DNA of 64,000 bases from Patescibacteria group bacterium (GCA_004322205.1 SCSN01000008.1:18370-82369); one strand, 5' to 3'; shown: positions 1-10,492, numbered from the stretch's first letter. A program made the numbers and translations. The notes: a model not told the origin generated them from the letters alone.

Positions 1-32
1 TTATGTATCTCATGGGGGGTATACTGAAATGA

Positions 33-656
33 ATGAGGCGAGCACTCTTTGTCCTCATTCTTTTGACTTTGGGAGCGGGAATTTATTTCCTCTTTCTTTT
101 GCCGCGCGGCTATGACATTAAAAATTATCCTTCTTCCGGCAGGCGCATCGTCGCCTTTGGCGACAGTCTGATTGAGGGGGTAGGGGCGACGGAAGGAGAG
201 GATCTCGTCTCCGTCTTGAGCCGGACTCTCGACGTCTCCATTGAAAATTACGGCAGGGGCGGGGATACAACGGCTCTTGCCCTTGAGCGATTGCCCTCGG
301 TGCTTGAGGAAGTGCCTGAGCCGAAGGCGGCGATTATTCTTCTCGGCGGCAACGACTTTCTGCAGAAGGTGTCCAAGGAAGAGATATTCGGGAATCTTGC
401 AAAAATCATCACTGCTTTTCAAGACCGCGGCGCGGTAGTGCTTGTCCTCGGCATTCGCGGCGGATTAATCAAAGATAATTTTGAGGGCGAGTTTGAGCAG
501 CTCGCTCACCGCCACAGAACCGCTTACGTTTCCAACATTTTGCGGGGACTGGTGACCAATCGGGAGCTAATGTTTGATTCGATCCACCCCAACGACAAAG
601 GATATGAGCGAATTGCCAGCCGTGTCGCTCCGGTACTTAAAAAAATTATTGAATAG
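33..656 (+). CDS. SGNH/GDSL-family hydrolase (lipase/acylhydrolase-like)
   Basis: 207-aa ORF with an N-terminal hydrophobic segment, a GDSL block (FGDSL) and a C-terminal DxxH-like catalytic block (HPNDKG). A TATACT box ends 9 nt before the ATG, with no SD. Confidence 0.8.
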   Translation: MRRALFVLILLTLGAGIYFLFLLPRGYDIKNYPSSGRRIVAFGDSLIEGVGATEGEDLVSVLSRTLDVSIENYGRGGDTTALALERLPSVLEEVPEPKAAIILLGGNDFLQKVSKEEIFGNLAKIITAFQDRGAVVLVLGIRGGLIKDNFEGEFEQLAHRHRTAYVSNILRGLVTNRELMFDSIHPNDKGYERIASRVAPVLKKIIE

Positions 657-657
657 T

Positions 658-1077
658 ATGAACCGCGCTCTCCTCGTTATTCTTATTATTGTGTTTCTCG
701 CTGCTGTCTTTTTGGTGTTTTTGAAATTTTCATCCGAGACGCAAAATATCGCAGTTTATAAAGACTTAATCCGCGTCTTTTCTCCAGTCACCGGCAGCAA
801 GCTAGCGAGTCCTGTCTCAATCAGCGGTGAGGCGAGAGGATTTTGGTACTTCGAAGCGTCATTCCCGGTCGTTCTTTTTGATGCTCGCGGAAATGAAATA
901 GCTCGTGGCATCGCGACGGCGCAGGGTGATTGGATGACGGAGAATTATGTTCCTTTTGTCGCCGAACTTACCTTTCTGAAGCCGAACACAAAAACGGGAA
1001 CGCTCTCGCTCGAGAAAGACAACCTCTCCGGCTTGCTGGAACACGCTGACGCTTTTCGCATTCCGGTTACGTTTTAG
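658..1077 (+). CDS. membrane-anchored Gmad2 / Ig-like (GerM-associated) domain protein
   Basis: Start moved to the in-frame ATG at 658, right after the upstream stop. Has an N-terminal TM helix followed by a GEARGFWYFEASFPVVLFDARGNEI block typical of the Gmad2 domain. Confidence 0.55.
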   Translation: MNRALLVILIIVFLAAVFLVFLKFSSETQNIAVYKDLIRVFSPVTGSKLASPVSISGEARGFWYFEASFPVVLFDARGNEIARGIATAQGDWMTENYVPFVAELTFLKPNTKTGTLSLEKDNLSGLLEHADAFRIPVTF

Positions 1078-1084
1078 CAGTTCT

Positions 1085-2260
1085 CTAGCGCGTGTCTCGC
1101 AGCCGCGCCGTGTACCACAGACCGCTGGCGGTTACGAGAGCCAGCAGGTAGAACATCTCCCGCAGACCGAAAGTTGAAAGTGAGAGCCAGGCAAGCGCCG
1201 GTGCAAGGATAAAAGCGATAGGGCGCATCAGCCGGAAGAAACTTACAATGTGGGCGTCTTTCCCTTTAACTTGTTTGAAGAAATAGCTTTCATTGGTGGT
1301 TTCGGTCAGGCTGGCGCCGATGCGAGAGAAGAAGAGGAGGATCATCCAGGGAAGAACCGCCGCGACTTTAAGAGAGGGTATGAGAAACGAGGCGAGAGCC
1401 ATGATGATGAAACCCGCAAACATCATCTCTTTTTCTCCGAGCTTGCGGTCGGCCAAGCGCCCGACTGGAATTCCAAGCATTATAAACGGCAGGAGCATCA
1501 CGGTAAATATTTGCCCGATGGTCTGCCAGGAAAAACCGACAACGCCGTGAAGGTATATTGGAGTGTAAATGACCATCCAAGCGTAGAAGAACTGCAAGGT
1601 CAGTTGTGCCATTGAAACGCGCATGATGTTTGGGTGGCTGGTGATTTGGCGGATTGTTTCGGGAATACTCGTTTCTTCCTGGTAGCTCTCGATCTGGCGT
1701 AAAGAGGAGAAGGCGAGGAGAAAAAATGGAATTAAGAGGATGCTCGAGAGAAGATAGAGTGGTCGGTAATTCTCCCCCGCCACAATTAGTGAAACCAGGA
1801 GAGGAGCGACAACCAGGCTCCCATTGGCAACTGTCAGGTAACCTCCTCGAATAAGACCGGTGTTTGTCTCTTTTTTGATGACAGTTTCTAGGAGAATGTC
1901 GAGGGCAAAAACAATCATCATTACCACTCCTTGGTGAACGATAAAAGCGCCGGCAACAAGCCAGGGGATGCTACTTACTGCCAAGAGCCACACTGCGACA
2001 AGCTCGGCAGCTGACCAGAGGATGAGAGTGAAGAATACACCCGTCCTGCGGATGAGCCACGGCGCCTCGAGAAGCAAGATGAGATTAAGAACCGATCCCA
2101 AGACAAAGATTAAACTCACCGCGGAGGCGGAAAAAAATCGGGTAAGTAGTGAAGAGTTGATGTAGATAATGAGGAAATAATGAAAGGCGATAAGGAAATT
2201 CGCGAGAAAAATCGCGCGCAGGTGTCGGTTGCGAGATAAAATTGAAAGAATGGCCGTCAT
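1085..2260 (-). CDS. MFS-type membrane transporter
   Basis: 391-aa polytopic protein with about 12 hydrophobic helices and short charged loops, as in the major facilitator superfamily. Confidence 0.7.
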   Translation of the reverse strand: MTAILSILSRNRHLRAIFLANFLIAFHYFLIIYINSSLLTRFFSASAVSLIFVLGSVLNLILLLEAPWLIRRTGVFFTLILWSAAELVAVWLLAVSSIPWLVAGAFIVHQGVVMMIVFALDILLETVIKKETNTGLIRGGYLTVANGSLVVAPLLVSLIVAGENYRPLYLLSSILLIPFFLLAFSSLRQIESYQEETSIPETIRQITSHPNIMRVSMAQLTLQFFYAWMVIYTPIYLHGVVGFSWQTIGQIFTVMLLPFIMLGIPVGRLADRKLGEKEMMFAGFIIMALASFLIPSLKVAAVLPWMILLFFSRIGASLTETTNESYFFKQVKGKDAHIVSFFRLMRPIAFILAPALAWLSLSTFGLREMFYLLALVTASGLWYTARLRDTR

Positions 2261-2487
2261 CCCGTTAGAAGCAGGTCGCGGTCAGCACTTCCTGCATATA
2301 GTTATTTTGATAAATGTTTCTGCTTAATTTCATATTTTACCAAAGCATTTATTGAAACTGCGACCGCCCCGCCTGCCATCGCCTAATGCACAAATGTAAG
2401 CTATATAGATTGTAGTGTAAATATGTCATTTTCTACAAAATACCACTATTATCGCTCTGGCATTGGCGGGCAGGGGCTTCTAACGGA
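2260..2487. repeat. MITE-like intergenic element bounded by 13-bp inverted repeats (TCCCGTTAGAAGC ... GCTTCTAACGGA)
   Basis: Left repeat at 2260-2272 and inverted copy at 2476-2487, with an AT-rich interior. The same repeat pair bounds a second element at 37379-37506. Confidence 0.45.
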
Positions 2488-2499
2488 GCTCGTGAACAA

Positions 2500-4350
2500 C
2501 TAAACGCCAAGCACTACAGGGATGACGATAGGGCGCTTGGCGGTTTTTTGGAAGAGAAAACGGCTGACCGCGTCGTTGACGTTTGCTTTGACGAAGTCGA
2601 AGTTAATGGGGTTCATGCCGAAGGTAGCTTTCTCGATCGTTCGCTTAATAATGAGCCGGGTTTGCGAAAGCAGTTCCTGTGATTCGCGCAGATAGACAAA
2701 GCCGCGCGAAATTATATCCGGAGATTTCTTGAGCTTGCCGGTTTTGATGTCAATGGTTGCGACAATGACGACAAAGCCGTCCTCGGCAAGCATCTTGCGG
2801 TCTCGCATCACCACTTCTTGGACGTTGCCGATGGAAAAACCGTCAACCAGGACAGGGCTAGAGGGCGCCGATTCTTTGAGTTTGACGAGTCTTTTACCCT
2901 CATCTTGAATCTCGATGACCATGCCGTTGTCGGGGACGATGATATTCTCCGGTGTTATTCCGAGAGAGAGCGCCACTTCTTCGTGAACGCGGAGCATGTA
3001 GTGGGTGCCGTGGATGGGGATAAAGAAACGCGGATGAATTTTTCTGTGAAGCCATTCGAGCTCGCCGCGGTTGCCGTGCCCGGTTGAGTGAATATAGACG
3101 TCGGAGGTGCGGTAGTGGATGATCTTGGCCCCTTGCCGAGCAAGGTTGTCTTTGAGTTTCTGCACCGCCCTTTCATTGCCGGGAATGATGGAGGAAGAAA
3201 GAAGAACCGTATCATTTTTAGTGATCTTGACGTACTTGTGGCTTTTGAGAGACATTCGCATCAGGGCGGCGAATTCGTCGCCTTGGGCGCCGGTGGCGAG
3301 AATAATGATTTTGTCTGGAGGGTATCTCTCCATCACTTCTGGCATAATAATGGTGTCAGGTTTAACTTTGAGTCTGCCGACCTTAGCGGCGATTTCAACG
3401 TTGGTTTTCATGCTGCGCCCTTCAACCACCACCTTTTTGTCGTAGCGCTCGGCGCTCTCGATAATTGCAACGACGCGCTCAATTTGTGAGGCGAAGGTGC
3501 CGATGATAAGGCGGCGCTTGGTGGTGCGAATGATTTCGTCCAAATTTTTGTGGACGAGACTCTCCGGAGTGGACCAGCCGGGATTTTCAACATTAGTTGA
3601 GTCCATCATCAGGAGAAGAACATTTGCATTTTCAAAAATTGAATACTCTTCCTCCTCTGCTTCCGTTGGCACACCATCGACGTGATCAAGCTTGATGTCG
3701 CCGGGATTAACGATCCAGCCTTGGGGAGTCTCAATGATAATGCCCATCGATTCAGGGATGGTATGGGTAACGGCAAAAAAGCGCACCTTGAGATTGCCGA
3801 CGCTGATATGGTCCTCTTTTTCAACCATCCGCAGATCAAGAGCGGGAAGATGAGGAAATTCCTCCTGGCGCTTGCGAATCATGATGGAAGTGAGAAAGCG
3901 GGTGTAGATGGGAGGGTTGCCGATCCGGTTCATTATGTAAGGGATAGCGCCGATATGGTCGAGGTGTCCGTGGGTGATGATGAGGGCGCGCACTTTGTCT
4001 TTGCGCTCTTCGAGGTATTTGGTGTTGGGCAGGATATAGTCAATGCCCGGCGTGTCTTCCTCGCGGAACTGAAAACCGGCATCAAGGACAATAATGTCGT
4101 TGCCGTACTCGACTACCGTCATATTCTTGCCGATTTCCTCAACTCCGCCCAGGGGGATGATGCGGATACTGTCGCCAGCCGGAGGAATCTTTTCTTCTTC
4201 CGGTCGTGTTGCGATCTGCCTCTGCGTCCCACGCATCGGACGGCGCGGACGCCGGAGCATTCCCATGCCGCGCACTCGAAGGTTTGGAGCTTGGCGGGGG
4301 CGCAGCCGGGTGATGTGTTGAGAGAAAGAATCTTGGTGTTGTGGGTTCAT
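2500..4350 (-). CDS. rnj: ribonuclease J
   Basis: Metallo-beta-lactamase HxHxDH motif (ITHGHLDHIG) with beta-CASP and RNase J C-terminal regions. Also carries a basic N-terminal extension of roughly 60 aa. Confidence 0.9.
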   Translation of the reverse strand: MNPQHQDSFSQHITRLRPRQAPNLRVRGMGMLRRPRRPMRGTQRQIATRPEEEKIPPAGDSIRIIPLGGVEEIGKNMTVVEYGNDIIVLDAGFQFREEDTPGIDYILPNTKYLEERKDKVRALIITHGHLDHIGAIPYIMNRIGNPPIYTRFLTSIMIRKRQEEFPHLPALDLRMVEKEDHISVGNLKVRFFAVTHTIPESMGIIIETPQGWIVNPGDIKLDHVDGVPTEAEEEEYSIFENANVLLLMMDSTNVENPGWSTPESLVHKNLDEIIRTTKRRLIIGTFASQIERVVAIIESAERYDKKVVVEGRSMKTNVEIAAKVGRLKVKPDTIIMPEVMERYPPDKIIILATGAQGDEFAALMRMSLKSHKYVKITKNDTVLLSSSIIPGNERAVQKLKDNLARQGAKIIHYRTSDVYIHSTGHGNRGELEWLHRKIHPRFFIPIHGTHYMLRVHEEVALSLGITPENIIVPDNGMVIEIQDEGKRLVKLKESAPSSPVLVDGFSIGNVQEVVMRDRKMLAEDGFVVIVATIDIKTGKLKKSPDIISRGFVYLRESQELLSQTRLIIKRTIEKATFGMNPINFDFVKANVNDAVSRFLFQKTAKRPIVIPVVLGV

Positions 4351-4365
4351 ATGATATGTGGATTG

Positions 4366-6117
4366 TTAAAAGCGAGTGAAAATCTTCCAGACTTTGCTTG
4401 TCTCAATGTACCAGCGGTTGATTGCAGAGAATCGCTCGCTCCCCGTAACTAGGGTGCCGAGGGTAATGCCTTTAATGTTTCGAGGGATGAGGTAGAGGAA
4501 TTGCGGCGAGTAGACAAAGACCACGGGACGATCATTCCCAATTTCTTTCTCGAGCGCAGCGTAGGTTTCGAGGCGCTTTTCTCTGTCGGAGAGCGTTCGG
4601 GCAGTCTCCAGGAGCTTATCAGCCTTGCTGTTGACGTAGAGAGCGATGTTGAGGCCCGGATCGTTGCGCTGGGACGAGTGCCAGAAAGGGTAGAGATCAA
4701 TGTCTCTGCCGACCACTTCACCGAAAAAGAGGGCATCGTAGCGGCGCGGCCGAATGACGTCCTGGTTGAGGTCGCCGGTTTCATAAACCAGAACGGTGAC
4801 GTTGGCTCCGAGGTCATTCCACTGCTCTTGGATGCTTTTGGCGGCCAGTTTAAGTTCCGGTGCGTCCCCGGTGGCGAGCGAGAAAGCCAGAGAGAAATTT
4901 TCCTTCTTGGTTTTTTTCTCGTAAATGCCGTCGACCCCTTTCTTCCAGCCGTTCTTCTCGAGGAGCGCCCGAGCTTCTTCTTTCGAGTGTTCTTTCTCCG
5001 AGAGCTTACCCACACTCCCTCCTGTCAGCGCCGCGGGAATTGGCCCTTCAAGAACGCTGCCGTATCCGGAGAGTACGTCGCGCACGATTTTATCTTTGTC
5101 GAGAGCCAGGTCGAGAGCCAGGCGCACTTCTTTGTTGGTAAAAAGGTGAGCCTGATTTTGGTTGAAGAAGATGCCGAAGATGCGCGGCAGGTCGCCGACT
5201 GCAACCGGAGCGCCGGAGCGGGAAAGCTCGCTAACGAGGCTCGGAGAAACGCCGGCAACACTCTCGACACCGCCGCTCTTGTAGGCTTTCACCGCCTCGC
5301 TCTCATTGGCGAAGAATTTGAAGGTTAGTGTCCTAATGTAGGGCTCGCCTAGAGTGTAGCGGTCCGAGGCGCGCAAGCGGTATTCGTTGGGGATGCCGGC
5401 GGAGTTGCGCCGTGAGCTGGCGACACGGTAAGATCCGGAACCCACCGGCTCGATGTTGTACTGGCTGAAAGGGAATTCGTCAGCCGCCACGTTCTTCCAA
5501 ATATGGCTGGGAAGAATGCCCACGGTCATGTTTTCAAGAAACGGCGCGTAAGGCTGTTTTAAGGTAAAGCGAATCTCTCGCTCGCTCACTTTCTCCACCA
5601 CCACTCCATCCCAATTGCCGCGCTTTGGACTTTTTACTGCCGGGTCCTGAATTTTCTCTATGGTGAATTTGATGTCATCGGCGCTGACAAGTTGCCCGTC
5701 GTGGAAGCGGGCGTTTGGCTTGAGGAAAAAAGTATAGGTCTTCCCGTCCTCAGAGATTTCGTAGCGTTCGGCGAGATCGGGGATGAGTTCGCCATCGGGA
5801 GTCGGGCGCAGCAACCCCGAGTAGACGAGGAAAGAGAGATCACGATCCGCATCGGAGAGCGCCAGGACGGGGTTGACGAAGCGAGGAGAGCCGATGATTC
5901 CTTCGGTTAGGTGCCCGCCGCGCTCAGGGACTTCGACGAGAAAGTTGCCGTTTGTTTTGAGGACAAGTCCTATTCCAGAAAGTACGAAAATTGAAGAGAG
6001 CGTCCAAAAAGCCAGCCGTTCGGCAGGTGAAAACGACTGAACTGCCCGCTCGATGGCGCGTTCTCCCGGCAGACGGAATTTCTTATAGAGCAATTTCTGG
6101 AGAATTTCACTCTTCAC
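4366..6117 (-). CDS. ABC transporter substrate-binding protein, family 5 (peptide/nickel type)
   Basis: 583-aa protein with an N-terminal membrane anchor and overall resemblance to OppA/DppA-like solute-binding proteins. Confidence 0.7.
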   Translation of the reverse strand: MKSEILQKLLYKKFRLPGERAIERAVQSFSPAERLAFWTLSSIFVLSGIGLVLKTNGNFLVEVPERGGHLTEGIIGSPRFVNPVLALSDADRDLSFLVYSGLLRPTPDGELIPDLAERYEISEDGKTYTFFLKPNARFHDGQLVSADDIKFTIEKIQDPAVKSPKRGNWDGVVVEKVSEREIRFTLKQPYAPFLENMTVGILPSHIWKNVAADEFPFSQYNIEPVGSGSYRVASSRRNSAGIPNEYRLRASDRYTLGEPYIRTLTFKFFANESEAVKAYKSGGVESVAGVSPSLVSELSRSGAPVAVGDLPRIFGIFFNQNQAHLFTNKEVRLALDLALDKDKIVRDVLSGYGSVLEGPIPAALTGGSVGKLSEKEHSKEEARALLEKNGWKKGVDGIYEKKTKKENFSLAFSLATGDAPELKLAAKSIQEQWNDLGANVTVLVYETGDLNQDVIRPRRYDALFFGEVVGRDIDLYPFWHSSQRNDPGLNIALYVNSKADKLLETARTLSDREKRLETYAALEKEIGNDRPVVFVYSPQFLYLIPRNIKGITLGTLVTGSERFSAINRWYIETSKVWKIFTRF

Positions 6118-6181
6118 GGTGTAGCGAGCCCTCGCGGGCGGTATTGTGAGATTGCGATCTCGGAGAAGTTAAATAAGGAGA

Positions 6182-6406
6182 TTAAATGATGAGAGCGAGA
6201 AAAGAAGAGAGGGCAAAGAGAACGGCGACAGCGATAGTTGCGCGGAATAAGAATTTCTCTGCCCCTCGGCGAGTATAGTGAGTGCTGAACCCTTCTGCTC
6301 CGAAGGCGCTTCCCAGTCCCGCCTCCGATCTCTGCAAAAGAACTCCCCCGATGAGGAGGAGGGAGAGGAGAATCTGAATGTAGGGAAGGAGAGCAGAAAT
6401 ACCCAT
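6182..6406 (-). CDS. secG: preprotein translocase subunit SecG
   Basis: 74 aa with two TM segments and the SecG-like LLQRSEAGLGSAFGAEG...RRGAEKFL core. Confidence 0.7.
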   Translation of the reverse strand: MGISALLPYIQILLSLLLIGGVLLQRSEAGLGSAFGAEGFSTHYTRRGAEKFLFRATIAVAVLFALSSFLALII

Positions 6407-6500
6407 GAAGATAGTATACAGTTCTCCATAGAGTTGGCAAGCTCGTAATCTTTAGCGATTTTAGGCCTTAGCCGCAGTATATTTTGAATGTGGAGAATTA

Positions 6501-6529
6501 TTGACAAAAAGTTTAAGTATGATATAATC
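6501..6529 (+). promoter_or_regulatory. consensus sigma70-type promoter (TTGACA-17-TATAAT)
   Basis: TTGACA at 6501-6506, a 17-nt spacer, TATAAT at 6524-6529. It drives the GC-rich ORF at 6596. Confidence 0.5.
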
Positions 6530-6595
6530 GAATAAGATAGTATTTAGAGCATCAGTTTCACACCCACCACACCCACGTTGTGGGAAGGAGAATTT

Positions 6596-6922
6596 ATGAG
6601 TAGCGAAGCGGTTTCTGTGCCCGCACCGGGGCGCAATGAGCTCTTCGAGACCATCGAGGTCTTGGAAAGGGCCGTCCGCCACTCCGAGATTTCCATGGTG
6701 GAGCTCTCGGAGCGTCTCAGGGACTGTGTGGCGGAGGCCTATCGCCGCCACGACCGAGCGTGCTGGACAAAGAAGTTCGCCGAGCGCCGCTTCTGGGAGC
6801 GGCGAGCGATCCGTCTAGCGACCGTCACGCGAGATGAGATCAGGTCGCAGGTCCGGCAAGCCCTCGATGCTCGTCGACGTAAGAAAACGAAGGAAGGCCG
6901 CAGCGTTCAGGCCACAGCCTGA
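6596..6922 (+). CDS. hypothetical protein (GC-rich ORFan with canonical SD)
   Basis: Start placed at the ATG at 6596, preceded by AAGGAG 7 nt upstream. GC content is visibly higher than flanking genes. I see no recognisable domain. Confidence 0.5.
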   Translation: MSSEAVSVPAPGRNELFETIEVLERAVRHSEISMVELSERLRDCVAEAYRRHDRACWTKKFAERRFWERRAIRLATVTRDEIRSQVRQALDARRRKKTKEGRSVQATA

Positions 6923-6993
6923 ACTTGTCGGTCACGGGCCCCGCTCGCGCGTACGCAAGTACATGCGCGAACGGAGCTCTTTGTTTTTCGTTA

Positions 6994-7022
6994 TTGACAG
7001 CTAAAGAAACGGCGTATACTAT
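6994..7022 (+). promoter_or_regulatory. putative groES promoter (TTGACA-17-TACTAT)
   Basis: TTGACA at 6994-6999, 17-nt spacer, TACTAT at 7017-7022, about 36 nt upstream of the groES ATG. Confidence 0.45.
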
Positions 7023-7058
7023 AATGCCGTATTTTTTTACCAACCAACTTCACTTTTT

Positions 7059-7394
7059 ATGAAGAAAAAGAGAGCTAATAAAGACAAGCCGGTAAAATCT
7101 TCCGTGGGTATGATTCCGCTTTGGGATCGGGTGCTCATAAAGGAGGAGGAGACGGCAGCCGAGGGAAAGCGTGAATCCGGAATTTATATCCCTGAAACAG
7201 TGAAGGAAGATCGCGGAACAAAACAAGGCAGAGTTATCGCTGTCGGAGAAGGAAAATATGAGAACGGCAAACTCGTTCCTCTCAAAGTAAAGGTCAGTCA
7301 AACCGTTCTCTTTCAGTGGGGAGATAAAGTTACTTTTCGCGGCGAAGAGTACTACATTGTGCGCGAAAGCGAAATTCTTGCGATTATTAGGTGA
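7059..7394 (+). CDS. groES: co-chaperonin GroES (10 kDa chaperonin)
   Basis: Contains MIPLWDRVLIKEE...GRVIAVGEGK...VLFQWGDKV, the classic Cpn10 pattern. The true start may be the internal ATG at 7110. Confidence 0.9.
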   Translation: MKKKRANKDKPVKSSVGMIPLWDRVLIKEEETAAEGKRESGIYIPETVKEDRGTKQGRVIAVGEGKYENGKLVPLKVKVSQTVLFQWGDKVTFRGEEYYIVRESEILAIIR

Positions 7395-7442
7395 ATCAAA
7401 GAACGGAGCGACTATGATTTTCATACTCACTTAGTTCGTTAA

Positions 7443-9098
<1,656 letters not shown>

Positions 9099-9102
9099 AA
9101 GC

Positions 9103-9135
9103 TTTTTGGCTTTCGGCCGAGAGCTTTTTAGCAGG
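9103..9135 (+). terminator. putative intrinsic terminator after groEL
   Basis: Imperfect hairpin around the TCGGCCGA palindrome, followed by a TTTTT tract. Confidence 0.45.
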
Positions 9136-9149
9136 AATTAAAAATAATA

Positions 9150-9182
9150 GATAAAAAGAACCTCTCACTCTTCGGTGAGAGG
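9150..9182 (-). terminator. putative intrinsic terminator of the minus-strand HTH/HEAR gene
   Basis: Hairpin CCTCTCAC-TCTTCG-GTGAGAGG overlaps the stop codon and is followed on the minus strand by a T-rich run. Confidence 0.45.
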
Positions 9183-9788
9183 CTCGCATTTGTGTTCTCC
9201 TCCCTTTCTGTTTGGTTTCAGTCCGGCGGCGGTCTGCGCCGCGCGCAGACTTCCAAAGGAACTGTAATAGTCCTCTGCCCAGAACTTACCAAGCTCGTCA
9301 ATCTCCCTCTCGCTCGGAGTGTGACCAAGTTTCAGGGCGAGCACTCGTAAGTCTTCCCGCATAACTTCGCGCCTTAGAGCTTGATTCCGCCACCTCCGTA
9401 GCGAGAAGAGTCTCTCCACCGCCTCTGTGATGCCAAACTCCAGCATCATTTTCCTAAGAGAAAAGTTCTTCACGCCGCCCCGCCCCTTTCTCTTGAGGGC
9501 TTTTTGCCAAGCATGGAGCGATGTTATCTCCGAGTTCTCTCTTAATGTCCGGATGGCGGGTAGCGGGTCTTTCGGCCAGTTGGGCTTTGAATAGACACTT
9601 CCTGTCTTCCTCACGAGCTGTCTTACCCTCTCCCTACTTAACCCTCCCAGAAGATCGCCAAGCTCCTCAAGAGTGTATTGCCCGCTTTCGTAGAGGGACC
9701 TGATGGCGAAGAGCTCTTGGGGACTTCTTCTCTCGCTACTGCCCTGAAGGCTTCTTGCGGTAATCACTACAATGTCTCTCTTGTACAC
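9165..9788 (-). CDS. DNA-binding protein: sigma-70 region-4-like HTH plus homing-endonuclease-associated repeat (HEAR)
   Basis: The N-terminal block YTLEELGDLLGGLSRERVRQLVRK resembles sigma70 region 4. The C-terminal block LALKLGHTPSEREIDELGKFWAEDYYSSFGSLRAAQTAAGL matches the HEAR repeat pattern. GTG start with AAGGAG 8 nt upstream. The gene is GC-rich. Confidence 0.55.
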   Translation of the reverse strand: MYKRDIVVITARSLQGSSERRSPQELFAIRSLYESGQYTLEELGDLLGGLSRERVRQLVRKTGSVYSKPNWPKDPLPAIRTLRENSEITSLHAWQKALKRKGRGGVKNFSLRKMMLEFGITEAVERLFSLRRWRNQALRREVMREDLRVLALKLGHTPSEREIDELGKFWAEDYYSSFGSLRAAQTAAGLKPNRKGGEHKCEPLTEE

Positions 9789-9934
9789 TGTATTCTCCTT
9801 TCAGTTCTGTTAGAACTCTAACCTTTTTACCCTTGACGTCAATAATTGAGTATAGCCATTTCGGTTGCTGGCTGGTGTCTTTCAGAAATTTACGAAAGGT
9901 GATAAACTTCGCTAAATAGAAATAAGAAAAAACT

Positions 9935-10492
9935 ATGTATCTCTATATTGCTCTTGGAGTCCTGGCCTTGATTGTTCTCTGGATAATTGCCAGCTATAAT
10001 CGCTTTATTCGTCTGGTCAATCGCGCTAAGGAGGCCTGGGCGGATATTGATGTTCAACTCAAGCGCCGCTACGATCTAATTCCTAATTTGGTCAACACGG
10101 TAAAGGGGTATGCGGAACACGAGAGATCCGCATTTGAAAATGTTACCAAGGCGCGCGCCGCCGCCATGGGAGCTCGCAACCTGGAAGAGAAGGGAAAGGC
10201 AGAGAATATGCTCACTGGTGCCCTCAAATCTCTATTGGCAGTTGCCGAAGCCTATCCTGACCTTAAAGCCAATCAGAACTTTCTTGAACTTCAGCGAGAA
10301 CTCTCCGACACCGAGAATAAAATTCAGGCTGCCCGCCGATTCTACAACGGCAACGTCCGCGACCTCAACATCGGCCTTGAATCATTTCCGGGCAATGTCA
10401 TCGCCGACATCTTCAAGTTTGCCAAAATGGAATTCTTTGAGCTTGAGGAAGGTGAGAGGGCGGCGAGAAGCCCCGTTGAAGTCAAGTTCTAG
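9935..10492 (+). CDS. lemA: LemA family membrane protein
   Basis: N-terminal TM followed by YNRFIRLVNRAKEAWADIDVQLKRRYDLIPNLV, the LemA signature. Confidence 0.9.
   Translation: MYLYIALGVLALIVLWIIASYNRFIRLVNRAKEAWADIDVQLKRRYDLIPNLVNTVKGYAEHERSAFENVTKARAAAMGARNLEEKGKAENMLTGALKSLLAVAEAYPDLKANQNFLELQRELSDTENKIQAARRFYNGNVRDLNIGLESFPGNVIADIFKFAKMEFFELEEGERAARSPVEVKF

Noticed and set aside
4449-5328. Multiple 80-275-aa ORFs on both strands inside the substrate-binding-protein gene
   Set aside because: They are nested within or antisense to a long ORF with clear family resemblance. These are low-complexity frames.
6461-6751. 96-aa minus-strand ORF overlapping the promoter and 5' part of the 6596 ORF
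   Set aside because: It runs antisense through a consensus promoter and an SD-led plus-strand gene. No support.
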